A stretch of DNA of 64,000 nt from Candidatus Kryptoniota bacterium (GTDB lineage: Bacteria > Bacteroidota > Ignavibacteria > Kryptoniales > JAKASW01): the NCBI GenBank assembly GCA_046706745.1, contig JBJKPC010000003.1:1280-65279 (forward strand). Direction: 5' to 3'. The position numbers were made by a program, and so were the translations under genes. The notes under the pieces are model-generated. The model was not told where the DNA came from, did no database searches, and was given only the letters and a program-made list of their open reading frames with translations. Within the stretch, counting starts at the first letter, position 1. The number at the start of each line of letters is the position of its first letter. Below, piece after piece: positions 36,020 to 46,021 of this stretch.

Positions 36020-39000
36020 TTAGTTGCCCGAGCTTCCGCCTATGTCCGGTAGCGGAGGAAGCTGCGGATGATAATTCCGATACGGAGGTATTTCATACTT
36101 TGGGAGCGGATGCTCCTTCAGCTCCTTCATTGCGATCTTTACTGCAGCTTCTAGTTGCGGGTCATGCCCTTCTCTCACCAGTTCAGGATTCTGCCAGACC
36201 TTCACGTCAGGCTTGATCCCGTGGTTCTCGACTGGGAAAGTTCCGTTCAATCCTTCCACGGCTATGCGGGGGGCGGTGACTGAACCTCCATCCATTAGCG
36301 AAGGATATCCGCCGATTCCGACAAGCCCGCCCCAAGTCCTTTCGCCGACAAGCGGGCCGATCTTGTCCATCTTGAAGTACCAGGGCAGCGCATCGCCCCC
36401 CGAGCCGGCGAACTGGTTGATGATCATTACCTTAGGTCCAAAGATCGCCATCGGCGGACATATCGCCATCTTGCCGTAGCGGGTGACGTTCATGCTCATC
36501 GGCTTGCGCATCAGGTAGTCGATAATATAATCGGAGATATAGCCGCCGTGATTGAACCGCTCGTCGATTACAACTCCCTTCTTGTCCACCTGAGAGAAGA
36601 AATATCGGTTGAAATCATTGAAGCCTTCACCGGCCGTATTAGGAAGATAGACGTAACCGATTTTACCATCGCTCAAACTGTCGACGATCTTCATATTGTG
36701 GTCGATCCACGCCTGGTGACGCAACGCAAATTCGCTCGGGATTGTTTTCACGGTTATCTGGCGGGAGTCTTTCATTTCGGGATTGGGGCCTACCGTGAGC
36801 GTTACGGTCTTACTGGCAAGGTCCTGGAACGCCTCGTAGATGTTCATGCTACCGTTGATCGGGACGCCGTTAACAGCAAGAATGTAATCCCCGACTTTCA
36901 CTTTGAGACCGGGTCGATCGAGCGGAGCATACAATCCCGGATTCCACTTGCCCGGTCCGAATATTCTTGTAATCCTGTAACGGCCGTGTTCGACACTGTA
37001 ATTGGCGCCGAGCAGTCCTACTTTCACCTCGCTCATCTTCGGTTCCGTGCCGCCGCGAATGAACATGTGACCGACCGACATGTAACTGAGCATCTCTTCA
37101 AAGAGGAAAGTAAGGCCGTCGCGACTGGCCACTCCTGGCAGAAATGCGGCAAACTCCTTCTCGGCAGCGTTGATGTTCAGTCCGTCATAATTCGGGTTGT
37201 AGAAGAAAGCCCTTTCTATTCGCCACGCATCATGGTACATCTCATCCCACTGTTCGCGCGGGTTGACGAAGACCTTCATGTCGCCGGTACGGAGCTTCTC
37301 AGGGCTGTCGACGCCGGGTGCGGAGGTCGCAGAGATGTACCAGCTTCCCCCTTCTTTGTACAGCATATGACTTCCGTTCGATGAAAGTGCGAACTGCGAA
37401 ATTCCGTCGATCAGCGTCTTGACCTTCTTTGACTTCATATCGAATTTGACGAGGCTCGCCGTTCCCTGACCGCTTCCCGGCACGTTCACGAGAGCAGCCC
37501 GGAGCATGAAAATTGTTCCTGCTTCACCCGCTTCGAGCCACTGATAATTTGCAGGAGGAATCGGAAGTGCCACAATCCTCGATGCGATATCTTTGAAATC
37601 AATTCTTACGTTTTTGGGGCTGTTACCCTTCGCGGAGGCAGATGTGTCCGCAGCAGTTTTGCGGTGACCGGAAGTATCTTCTTTTTCAAATCCTCCTTTG
37701 GGAGCCAGCGGCGACCCAACTTTGCTCGTGAGAAGGACGGCGTATACGTGGCGGACTACAGGACGTTCCAGCTGAGTCATATCAAGCCAGCCTTCCGCCA
37801 GGCCTGTGTTGGTACTCGATGTGAAGTATAGATACTTCCCGCTCGCGTCGAAAGACGGATAAAGACAGTCGCTTGCACCATAGGTTATCTGATGGATCTT
37901 GTGGCTCTTAGTGGAATAGACGAAGATGCCGTGCAGATAATTCGGAAGGACCTTGGTGTAAGCTATCCATTTGCTGTCCGGCGACCAACTCTGATCGAAT
38001 TCATGAAGCTCGGAATAGTTGTCGGTGTCGATTTTTATCGGCCTGGGATTCTTCATCGATAGATCCACATACCACAGATTCAGTTTCTGGTCGCTGAACG
38101 CGAGCTTTTTGCTGTCGGGCGACCATGAAAGCTGATAGTAGAACGCTCCTTTTTGGCCGAGAGTGATTTTGCGGGCTTTGCCCACCCCGTCCTGACTTCG
38201 GATATACAGATCATACTCACCGTCCCTGTCGGAAAAATACGCGATCCATTTGCCGTTCGGAGACCAGGCAGGATCGCGGTCTTCTACGCCGGGACTATGC
38301 GTCAGGTTCTCTATGCTCCCGTGCTTTGTGGGGACTGTCAGGAGATCCCCGTGCGCCTCAAAAACGGCCCGGATTCCGTTCGGGGAAACGTCGTAGTTTG
38401 AAATCGCGTTCGCTACCTTCATGAAATGCGGCCTCAGCTGGGGGAGATCGCCCGCCACTTTTACGTGAACGGCATGAGATCTCTTCGTCGCGAAATCATA
38501 AATATGCAACTGGCCGAACTGCGAATAGATAATTCCTCCCGGGCCTGCGGATGCGGAAGTAATGTCGAAACCTTCGTTGTTGATCAGCTTAGAAATCTTC
38601 TTAGTATCGACATTGTAAGAGAAGAGGGTAATCGGTCCGTCCTGATCCGACAGATAATATACTTTGTTTCCCACCCACATCGGGTCGTTATAATTGGCGC
38701 CCTGCCGCGGTATTTTGACGACACTGGAATTGGACAACTTCGCAATCCAGATCGGCGTTGTCTGTCCTCCGCGATATCCTTTCCAATAAGGCTCCCACTG
38801 AAATGATGGGACGTATGCAATCATTTTGCCGTTCGACGAGTACGAGCCCGTCTCCGCCATCGATAAAGGAAGTTCCTTGGGAAAGCCTCCGGTCACCGGG
38901 ACGGTATAGAGCTGATCAGGATCGGAGTAGCTGTACCGATGCGAGCGGAACAGGACGTCTTTTCCGTCGGGAGTCCACCCGACCGCAATATCGTAGCTCG

Positions 39001-39373
39001 GATTGTAAGTCAACCTGGTCGGCTCACCGCCGTCGGCCGAGACCACGTATACGTCCATGTTGTGCTCGTACGTGCCGGTATAAGCTATCATGGAACCGTC
39101 GGGCGAGAAGATAGGCTTGGTGAGCACATCTGTCCCGGTGACGAGCCTGTGGGCAGTTCCTCCTTTTCGATTCACGATCCATATTTCGCCGCCGTACTCG
39201 AAAGCTATTTTCGTTTGGGACATTGTGGGAAAGCGAAGCAGCAGCAGCTTGTTCGGCGGGGCCTGAACTCTGGCTTGCGATCTCATCGCCCCCGGCTCCC
39301 CTTTGACGACAAGCGCCTGACTCAAAAGAAAGCAGAGCGCTAATGCCTGGGAAAGCAGGATTTTTCGTTTCAT
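36020..39373 (-). CDS. tricorn-like protease (S41 peptidase with TolB-like beta-propellers and PDZ)
   Basis: 1117 aa with a signal peptide. The N-terminal LLRFPTMSQTKIAFEYGGEIWIV is followed by repeated propeller WSPDGK/WSPDSK motifs, a PDZ-like segment (GDYILAVNGVPI) and the S41 catalytic region (VMIINQFAGSGGDALP). Confidence 0.9.
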   Translation of the reverse strand: MKRKILLSQALALCFLLSQALVVKGEPGAMRSQARVQAPPNKLLLLRFPTMSQTKIAFEYGGEIWIVNRKGGTAHRLVTGTDVLTKPIFSPDGSMIAYTGTYEHNMDVYVVSADGGEPTRLTYNPSYDIAVGWTPDGKDVLFRSHRYSYSDPDQLYTVPVTGGFPKELPLSMAETGSYSSNGKMIAYVPSFQWEPYWKGYRGGQTTPIWIAKLSNSSVVKIPRQGANYNDPMWVGNKVYYLSDQDGPITLFSYNVDTKKISKLINNEGFDITSASAGPGGIIYSQFGQLHIYDFATKRSHAVHVKVAGDLPQLRPHFMKVANAISNYDVSPNGIRAVFEAHGDLLTVPTKHGSIENLTHSPGVEDRDPAWSPNGKWIAYFSDRDGEYDLYIRSQDGVGKARKITLGQKGAFYYQLSWSPDSKKLAFSDQKLNLWYVDLSMKNPRPIKIDTDNYSELHEFDQSWSPDSKWIAYTKVLPNYLHGIFVYSTKSHKIHQITYGASDCLYPSFDASGKYLYFTSSTNTGLAEGWLDMTQLERPVVRHVYAVLLTSKVGSPLAPKGGFEKEDTSGHRKTAADTSASAKGNSPKNVRIDFKDIASRIVALPIPPANYQWLEAGEAGTIFMLRAALVNVPGSGQGTASLVKFDMKSKKVKTLIDGISQFALSSNGSHMLYKEGGSWYISATSAPGVDSPEKLRTGDMKVFVNPREQWDEMYHDAWRIERAFFYNPNYDGLNINAAEKEFAAFLPGVASRDGLTFLFEEMLSYMSVGHMFIRGGTEPKMSEVKVGLLGANYSVEHGRYRITRIFGPGKWNPGLYAPLDRPGLKVKVGDYILAVNGVPINGSMNIYEAFQDLASKTVTLTVGPNPEMKDSRQITVKTIPSEFALRHQAWIDHNMKIVDSLSDGKIGYVYLPNTAGEGFNDFNRYFFSQVDKKGVVIDERFNHGGYISDYIIDYLMRKPMSMNVTRYGKMAICPPMAIFGPKVMIINQFAGSGGDALPWYFKMDKIGPLVGERTWGGLVGIGGYPSLMDGGSVTAPRIAVEGLNGTFPVENHGIKPDVKVWQNPELVREGHDPQLEAAVKIAMKELKEHPLPKYEIPPYRNYHPQLPPLPDIGGSSGN

Positions 39374-40128
39374 TGAAGTACTCCTCTAGCTAGACTGATA
39401 TAATATGATTTTCAAGTTGAAGTCCCGGGTAATCGGCATTTAGTGGCTGAAGGAACCAAAGGTCCAGCAGCCCTTCGCCGCGTTGATTAGCCGGCTGACT
39501 GTCACTCGATTTGGTTGCATGCACGGGCTGCCGCTCCACTACTACAGTCCGTTGAATACCTGAAATGCTCTCAGTTAAATCACTCAATTGACCCGCGCCG
39601 CCTCTCCACCACAAGCACGGCTCTTATGGCAAACGCCCGTAAAAGGCGCCATGCCTTCTTTTCCGTCAAAGCGAAATTCACGAAGGGTATCAGTTCGAGA
39701 AAGAAAGGGACACAAACGTCGCTTACTCATTCTCGTCTGTCTGCTGAGAAACAGGAGATTGCGGTCCTTCGTCGCTCCCGCAATAGCAAACCATCTTTGG
39801 AGCGAGTATTTCCAAACGGGCCGTGTGAAATCCAAGGAGGACAATTTATGTCTCAATGATTCAGTCATGATGGTTATGCGTGCAGGCAAAGAATGACAAA
39901 CTCTGGCTCCGGCGGCGGATAGCGAGCCGGATCATCTTTGTTTCGCAGCCCAGCGCTTATCTACTGTACGCAGGGCTCCAGGTACAAAAGTAAGAACAGA
40001 AGTCCATTTAGAAAAGAATGGAAAGCTTCGAGAACAGTGAAGGCCCGGCAGCGCAAGTGAGATCCATTCTGATCTCAAGCTGCGGCCGCGCGATTCGCCG
40101 GATGCGGACAGCTTCGACTTTGAGTAGA

Positions 40129-40758
40129 TTATCGGGTCAGCAGGTCCATGACTTTATATGTGATATCATAATAGGGATCGGCGTAGAGAACCACCGCTGT
40201 TTCATCGTTCTTGTCGAGAACATACTGTAACCCGTCTTGCCTCGCGACGCGGGCAATAGCAGCATATAATCTTGTCGTGACCGGCTTCAGTAGCTGCGCG
40301 CGTACTTTGTCGAGTTCTCCGCCCTGTCCCACCCTTGCTTGCCGATAGGAGATTATTTCCTGCTCAAGATCGCTTATTTGATTCTGCGCCCGCTGCTTTG
40401 CCTGAGGTGACATTAAATCCGACTGGCGCTCATAATTGTCGACGTCTTTCTGATATTTCTTTGACATCTGATCGATCGTGTCGCTCCAGTCCTGGACTAG
40501 AGTATCAAGCTTCGCCTGAACTGACTGCGCGGCCGGCAAGAGATTCAGAATCGTGGCTGAATCGACGTAACCTATCTTCATCTCCGAACTCGCCGGAGCG
40601 GTCGCAAACATGAAGCCGAGTGTCAGGATGATAATCCCCGTCGAGGCAAAGATGGTCAGCCATCGCTTAACACCGACACCACTAACGTCGGATAGTCGAG
40701 CAGCCGAGGTACGAAGCAAAGAATCTTCTGACAACGTGGGTGACTCCTTACTGTTCAT
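40129..40758 (-). CDS. OmpH/Skp-family periplasmic chaperone
   Basis: KIGYVDSATILNLLPAAQSVQAKL... is followed by a long coiled-coil-like Q/K/D-rich segment and a C-terminal ...YVLDKN...VLYADPYYDITYKVMDLL. Confidence 0.85.
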   Translation of the reverse strand: MNSKESPTLSEDSLLRTSAARLSDVSGVGVKRWLTIFASTGIIILTLGFMFATAPASSEMKIGYVDSATILNLLPAAQSVQAKLDTLVQDWSDTIDQMSKKYQKDVDNYERQSDLMSPQAKQRAQNQISDLEQEIISYRQARVGQGGELDKVRAQLLKPVTTRLYAAIARVARQDGLQYVLDKNDETAVVLYADPYYDITYKVMDLLTR

Positions 40759-41112
40759 CGGAATTATTGTTTGAACATAGTAAATGGGAAGATCAGATTA
40801 AAGGCAGCTGACGACTCGCAAACCTCAGGTAATTGCGACTCTGCCGGAACGGGATTCCTTTCGCATTCGATAGACGTCAACTGTCATTTCAGTAATCCTG
40901 TAAATAAATTACCACGACAACTCTTTGGAGTTCTCGGACTCCATCTTGTAAAATGGAACGTATATGTCTCCGGATTGGTTCCAAAAGGGGAATGTTACGC
41001 TCGGCAAAGCTGGAACCACGCCGGATATGAAGCGTCTATATCGTACGGACTTCCCGGTCCATGACGGAGCTTCTCCGAAATCAAAAGCACATGAAAAAGT
41101 AAGGAGTCAAAC

Positions 41113-41892
41113 ATGAAAAGAATGATAACGTTGCTATCGCTGACTTTAGTTCTCCTTCTTACAACCCGGACATCTCATGCCCAGATACGTATCGGCGTCC
41201 ATGGCGGACTGAGCATCCCCGATCTGCGCGGCGGAAACAACGTGATCAGCGAAGGATACACTTCCCGGCTTGCTCCGAATTTCGGCCTTTCTGTCGAGTT
41301 CCCCGTTGGAGGACATTTCTCGATTGAGCCGCAGGTTAATTTTGACGGCCAAGGCGGGCAGAGAACCGGGATGCAGCCCATCACCTCAGCTTCAACTTCA
41401 CTTCCGCCGCTTGCATCCGGAGGTTATTACTACGCAAATTTCAATAATACTTCCATATTGAATTACTTAGAAATTCCAGTACTCGCAAAATATACCTTCG
41501 GACTAGGCTTGATCTCTTTCAATATCGACGCCGGCCCTTACGTCGGTTTTCTCCTGAACGCGACGCAGAAGACCAGCGGATCCAGCGTAATATATGTCGA
41601 CAGCAAAGGTGATCCTCTTGTCATCCCCAATGGAAGCGGTGGATACATACCGTTGCCAGCTCAATCCTTCGACGCAAGCAGCAACGTCACCAGTAGCTTA
41701 CATACGGCGAATTTCGGCATCGACGGCGGTATCGGCATCATGCTCCCAGTAGGTAGTTTATCGGACATCTCGTTGAATGTCCATGGCCTTTACGGTATCA
41801 CGGTTATCCAGAAATCCGCAGCAGACGGAACAAGTCATACAGGCAATCTGATCATCTCTATAGGTTATTCTTACAAGCTGCCGATTATATAG
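41113..41892 (+). CDS. small outer-membrane beta-barrel protein
   Basis: The signal peptide MKRMITLLSLTLVLLLTTRTSHAQ is followed by IRIGVHGGLSIP and alternating strands. 259 aa. Confidence 0.8.
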   Translation: MKRMITLLSLTLVLLLTTRTSHAQIRIGVHGGLSIPDLRGGNNVISEGYTSRLAPNFGLSVEFPVGGHFSIEPQVNFDGQGGQRTGMQPITSASTSLPPLASGGYYYANFNNTSILNYLEIPVLAKYTFGLGLISFNIDAGPYVGFLLNATQKTSGSSVIYVDSKGDPLVIPNGSGGYIPLPAQSFDASSNVTSSLHTANFGIDGGIGIMLPVGSLSDISLNVHGLYGITVIQKSAADGTSHTGNLIISIGYSYKLPII

Positions 41893-42137
41893 CATTAAAG
41901 AAGGACAGCACTAACCTTTATCCGGCGAATGGCATTGGGATGTGTGCCTAATCCAAGGGCCCTATCCCCCGGAGTCTGGGAAAAGGCCGTCCGGGCATTT
42001 GCTCGGGAGGAAACCGGTGAGGCCCTGTAGTAGGAGTCCTGCTTGGACCGGGGGCTGAAGAGGCATAAGAGCGCGATCCTCGGGTCGAAATTCAGACTGA
42101 TCTAGTTTTCATAATCTCAGGCACCACCGGTCATTCT

Positions 42138-44270
42138 TCATTTGATTTTGAGCCCCAGCTCGTGCGCAAAGAATGTGTATTCGGCGGCGGCGTTGCTGAC
42201 ACGCTGGCTGAACGAAGCAGTCACTCCATGTCCTTCGTCCATCCTTGTCAGCAGCAGGATCGGGTTATCCGACGAATTGGCGTGCTGAAGAGCTGCGGCA
42301 AACTTCCTCGACTGCCATGGCGCAACGCGAGGATCGTTCACACCAGTTTCCAGAAGTGTTGCGGGATAACGTGTGCCCCGCTTGATATTGTAGTACGGAG
42401 AATACGCATACAACCACCGGAAATCCTGCTTCATTGTGGAAGTACCGTACTCGCTGACGTTGTACTGCCCATTCGGGAACAGCTCAGCTCTCAGCATATC
42501 GTAGATGCCGACGAAGCTGACGACTGCTTTGAAGGCAGCCGGGTGCTGAGTCAGCTCAGCGCCCATCAGCAAACCGCCGTTCGATCCGCCTACGATTCCG
42601 AGGTGGGCCGAGTCAGTCCAATGATCATTTACCAGTAGTTCCGACGCCGCATACATATCGTCAAACACATTCTGTTTTTTGCCGAGCATTCCTGCTTCGT
42701 GCCAGCCTTCACCAAACTCGCCTCCACCGCGGATATTGGCAAACGCCAGAACCCCTCCGTTCTCCAGCCATAACAGCGACGAGCCGATGAAATGCGGAGC
42801 TGTCGGGATTCCGAATCCGCCATATCCCGTCACGATGGCAGGACGGCTTCCGTCTGGGGTAACCCCTGCCATGCTGAGAATAGTAACCGGGATTTTCGTA
42901 CCGTCCCTCGAGACGGCGTTTGTAATCTCAAATCTGACTTTCGAGTAATCCCCTCTCGGTTTCACCCGGAAGATTTCTTTCAACATGCCATTCGACAAAT
43001 TATACTCGACCCAGGTTTCCGGCATATTCCACCCCGAGAAGGTGATCAGTGCCTGATCGGATCGCCCGGATGACGCAATAGTATTTACACCGATCCCGGT
43101 TGACGGGAGTCCGACTCTTCTTACCATCCTCCCCCGGTCGTCATACTGGTTTACCTTCCAATCCGGACCGAGTACTTTCTTTATTAAAAAGCCCCCTTTG
43201 ACCTCCGACACTCCGTTCATCGCCCATTTTCCCTGCGGCACGAGGACAGACGCTTTTCCGTCAAGGGCAACCGCGAGAAGCTTACCTCTGGGAGCGTTCT
43301 CATAGGATACCACCAGCAGGCGGTCTCCCATCCATGAAGCACCCCTGTTCACCTCGGAAGCAACCCGGACATTGGCTTCAGGACCAAGGACTTTTCTCCA
43401 GCTGCCGTCGCCTCTTCTCACGTATACAAAGTCCGGATTGCCGTCCCCGAAGTGCACAAACATTGCCGCATATTCTCCATCTGCTGACGGAATGAAAGTA
43501 TACTCTGCAACTTTCGATAATCCTTTGCCGAAGACAAGCTTGTCGTCTGTCTGTGGGCTTCCAAGTCTATGGTGGTACAGAGCTGCATAGAACTGCAGGT
43601 CGCTATCCGGCACCGATCCCGGCAAGGGAAGTCTCACATAGGTGAATCCCTGCTCGTCAGGGTCCCACACAATGCCGGGAGCCGTTGTACCACCACCCGC
43701 ATGGGGGAGAGAATCCGACAACACATCGCCGGTCTTCACGTTCACCACGTGGATGGTAGCTGCCTCGCTGCCTCCCACAGCGGTAGTGTAAGCAACATAG
43801 TTCCCTTTTGGTGACGGCCAAAATCCTGTAATAGCCGTACTCTTATCATTATTCAGATTAACCAGTATCTTTATCTTTCCATTTGGCCAGATCTCGTAAG
43901 CTAAGACGGGCTGCGACTGCGGCGGTGTCCATCTGAAAAAGAAGAGCAAGCCCGCAGTCATTTTCGGAGAGAATTGTTGCGGAGAAGTTATGGAAAGATT
44001 TTTGATCCGCTTTACGACCAATTTCCCTTCTTGGAAGCTTGAGAGGACTCTGTCGGTGAAGTCATTCTGTTCGTCAATCCATTCCTTCACTTTCGGCGAT
44101 GCTCCATCTTCGAGCCATCGGTACGGATCGTGCACAACAGTACCGAAGTAATCGGTGGTGACATTGTCTCGCGCAGTTTTTGGTACGCCTGAGTTCGGAT
44201 TCATCCCGCATCCTGCAACAAAACTCAGCATGAGACACGAGGCAAACAAAATTCCCGCTTTTTGCTTCAT
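42138..44270 (-). CDS. prolyl oligopeptidase-family serine peptidase (S9A)
   Basis: Lipoprotein-type signal (SFVAGC), DPYRWLED...KEWIDEQN, a catalytic GGSNGGLL serine motif, and C-terminal Asp/His regions (GVNDPRV, DEGHG). Confidence 0.9.
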   Translation of the reverse strand: MKQKAGILFASCLMLSFVAGCGMNPNSGVPKTARDNVTTDYFGTVVHDPYRWLEDGASPKVKEWIDEQNDFTDRVLSSFQEGKLVVKRIKNLSITSPQQFSPKMTAGLLFFFRWTPPQSQPVLAYEIWPNGKIKILVNLNNDKSTAITGFWPSPKGNYVAYTTAVGGSEAATIHVVNVKTGDVLSDSLPHAGGGTTAPGIVWDPDEQGFTYVRLPLPGSVPDSDLQFYAALYHHRLGSPQTDDKLVFGKGLSKVAEYTFIPSADGEYAAMFVHFGDGNPDFVYVRRGDGSWRKVLGPEANVRVASEVNRGASWMGDRLLVVSYENAPRGKLLAVALDGKASVLVPQGKWAMNGVSEVKGGFLIKKVLGPDWKVNQYDDRGRMVRRVGLPSTGIGVNTIASSGRSDQALITFSGWNMPETWVEYNLSNGMLKEIFRVKPRGDYSKVRFEITNAVSRDGTKIPVTILSMAGVTPDGSRPAIVTGYGGFGIPTAPHFIGSSLLWLENGGVLAFANIRGGGEFGEGWHEAGMLGKKQNVFDDMYAASELLVNDHWTDSAHLGIVGGSNGGLLMGAELTQHPAAFKAVVSFVGIYDMLRAELFPNGQYNVSEYGTSTMKQDFRWLYAYSPYYNIKRGTRYPATLLETGVNDPRVAPWQSRKFAAALQHANSSDNPILLLTRMDEGHGVTASFSQRVSNAAAEYTFFAHELGLKIK

Positions 44271-44590
44271 GACAGGCTCCTCAGAAAGATAAGAATTGGT
44301 GCTTCAGCCGATAATATCCGCATCGTTCGTGTAGTGTTCAATAGCTCCGGGGGGTGTTCGTAGAAAAAAACACGTTCGAGTGTCTTCAGCGCCCGAAGAT
44401 GATCCGACCGGTAATCATGCTGATGTCTCGTCAATTCTTAATGATGGCTCAATCACTTTCAGCTTGTCGATATTGAGGCATGCTCCGCGGCATACGGTAC
44501 CTGACCGCTATCTTGTTACGGACCTTCTGCCGTCATTTCCTTCGGGGTGCCTAGCCCTTCGGATGGAAAGCCCGGCATAGTGAGGTGGTT

Positions 44591-45997
44591 TCAATAGAAA
44601 AAGAGTTCTCTGTGTACCCTCCACGACGGGACGCCGAACGTGTCTTTCAGGACCTTGAGCACAGTCGCCTGCATCGCGGGAGGACCGCACATATAAAATG
44701 AAGCTTCCGGCGAGGTGATATGTTTAGATATGATTGCTCCGGTCAAACGCCCCTTTTCGAATTCAACACGATCGGCAGCGGCCGGCAAATCTTCACTCCC
44801 GGATTTGCTAAGGACATGGACTACCTTCATGTTAAGTTGAGCAGCAGCGGCACTCAGCTCTTCCCTCGCGATAATATCATCGTAAGTCTTGTTACAGCAG
44901 AAGAGAACGATGTTCGATTCGGCAGAGACGGCGAGCGCATGCCTGATATTGCTCAGGAACGGCGTGATTCCTACTCCGCCGCTGATCATGACAACCTCCC
45001 GCTCCTTCCTGTAATCTATTGTGAAGATTCCATATGGCCCTTCACACAGCACGTGGGACCCGCGTTCCAGCATAGGAACTGAGGATGTAAATTTTCCTGC
45101 AGCTTTTATGGTAAAGTGAAGCTTCTCGGAGTGCGGAGGGGCCGAGATGGTAAAAGGGTGAGGCTCGCTCCATCGGTTCCCATTCCGGACCCTGATGATA
45201 GCAAACTGTCCGGCGCGGCGGCTGCCGAACGCACCCGGCCCTTCAGGACGTTCGAGGACCAGGGTGGCCGTATCGCACGTTTCCTTCACGACATCGGCAA
45301 CCTTCCAGGGAGCCTGCCGTCTGAGACGAGACACGATCATTGCCCTGTATATCGAGATTGAAATTAGAATCGCGACCACGGGTATGAATAGCGCAAGGTT
45401 TGAAATGCTGGCGAAACGGTTCCCCTGTTCCATCCAGGCGTGCATGACACCGACTGCAATCGCAGGGTAAACAAGCAAATGACTGTTCTTCCAGAGCCAG
45501 TACGAGATATGGTGTCTTCCCCAGAACGCGAGTGGAATGACGAGGATGAGTACGTAAAGCGCTATATGCCCAAGCAACAGCGGAACGTTTTTGGTGCTGA
45601 AGTAGAACAAGAAATTCCAAGCCCATCCGTTTCCCCGGTGCAGCGAGTAAGCGAGGGTCCGCAGGAGGGCATGCCCAAGGAAGATGAAAAGGACCGTAAT
45701 CCCCAGGATTCTGTGAATGTGATACACCCGGTCGAGCCCCATGACCTTTTCGATCAGAGGCAGACGGGTGCCGAGTGCAACCATGACAACAAGCAAGACA
45801 AGTCCTATGAGCGCCAGCATGTTCCCAATACTACCCGCCAGAACTAGCCACGATAAATGTCCCCGGAACTTTTCTATGTAGACGAATGCAGCACCCCCGG
45901 CGGCTATAATGACGAATGGAAAAGCTAACATCGCGATTCTTCTCGTATACTTCACGGTAAAAGGACACTCCTCTCGGGTGTTTTGGGTGAGACGCAA
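44591..45997 (-). CDS. ferric-reductase-domain membrane flavoprotein (NOX/FRE-like)
   Basis: A six-TM N-terminal half has paired His residues (HIHRILG, FLGHALL, LLGHIAL, VGVMHAW). It is followed by the FAD motif HPFTIS, the NAD motif GGVGITPF and a C-terminal CGPPAM. The true start may be the internal Met at 45931. Confidence 0.85.
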   Translation of the reverse strand: MRLTQNTREECPFTVKYTRRIAMLAFPFVIIAAGGAAFVYIEKFRGHLSWLVLAGSIGNMLALIGLVLLVVMVALGTRLPLIEKVMGLDRVYHIHRILGITVLFIFLGHALLRTLAYSLHRGNGWAWNFLFYFSTKNVPLLLGHIALYVLILVIPLAFWGRHHISYWLWKNSHLLVYPAIAVGVMHAWMEQGNRFASISNLALFIPVVAILISISIYRAMIVSRLRRQAPWKVADVVKETCDTATLVLERPEGPGAFGSRRAGQFAIIRVRNGNRWSEPHPFTISAPPHSEKLHFTIKAAGKFTSSVPMLERGSHVLCEGPYGIFTIDYRKEREVVMISGGVGITPFLSNIRHALAVSAESNIVLFCCNKTYDDIIAREELSAAAAQLNMKVVHVLSKSGSEDLPAAADRVEFEKGRLTGAIISKHITSPEASFYMCGPPAMQATVLKVLKDTFGVPSWRVHRELFFY

Positions 45998-46021
45998 ATT
46001 TGGATTATCATTTATGCGAAG

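Noticed and set aside
35615-36052. 145-aa + ORF upstream of glnK
   Set aside because: The composition is Arg/Gly/Ser-rich and low-complexity, it overlaps the protease terminator hairpin and stop, and it has no motif.
36548-37384. 278-aa + ORF inside the tricorn-like protease gene
   Set aside because: It is an antisense shadow of a confidently assigned minus-strand gene.
39444-39472. GGCTGAAGGAACCAAAGGTCCAGCAGCC, which contains SRP-RNA-like words (GAAGGAA, AGGTCC, CAGCAGCC)
   Set aside because: The word order differs from SRP domain IV and there is no GNRA tetraloop. It is just a small bulged hairpin.
39485-39505. Minus-strand GACAGTCAGCCGGCTAATC resembling the RNase P RNA 3' P4 strand (ACAGAA.CCGGCTTATC)
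   Set aside because: The obligatory 5' P4 strand GAGGAAAGTCCGGGC is absent anywhere within 500 nt on that strand.
39601-39611. tRNA/tmRNA-like 3' end CCTCTCCACCA on the + strand
   Set aside because: No T-arm (GGTTCGAATCC-like loop) precedes it. A 5' partner about 350 nt upstream would lie inside the protease gene.
42005-42021. GGGAGGAAACCGGTGAG resembling the cobalamin-riboswitch core
   Set aside because: There is no B12 box, the site lies between convergent stop codons, and there is no downstream gene to regulate.
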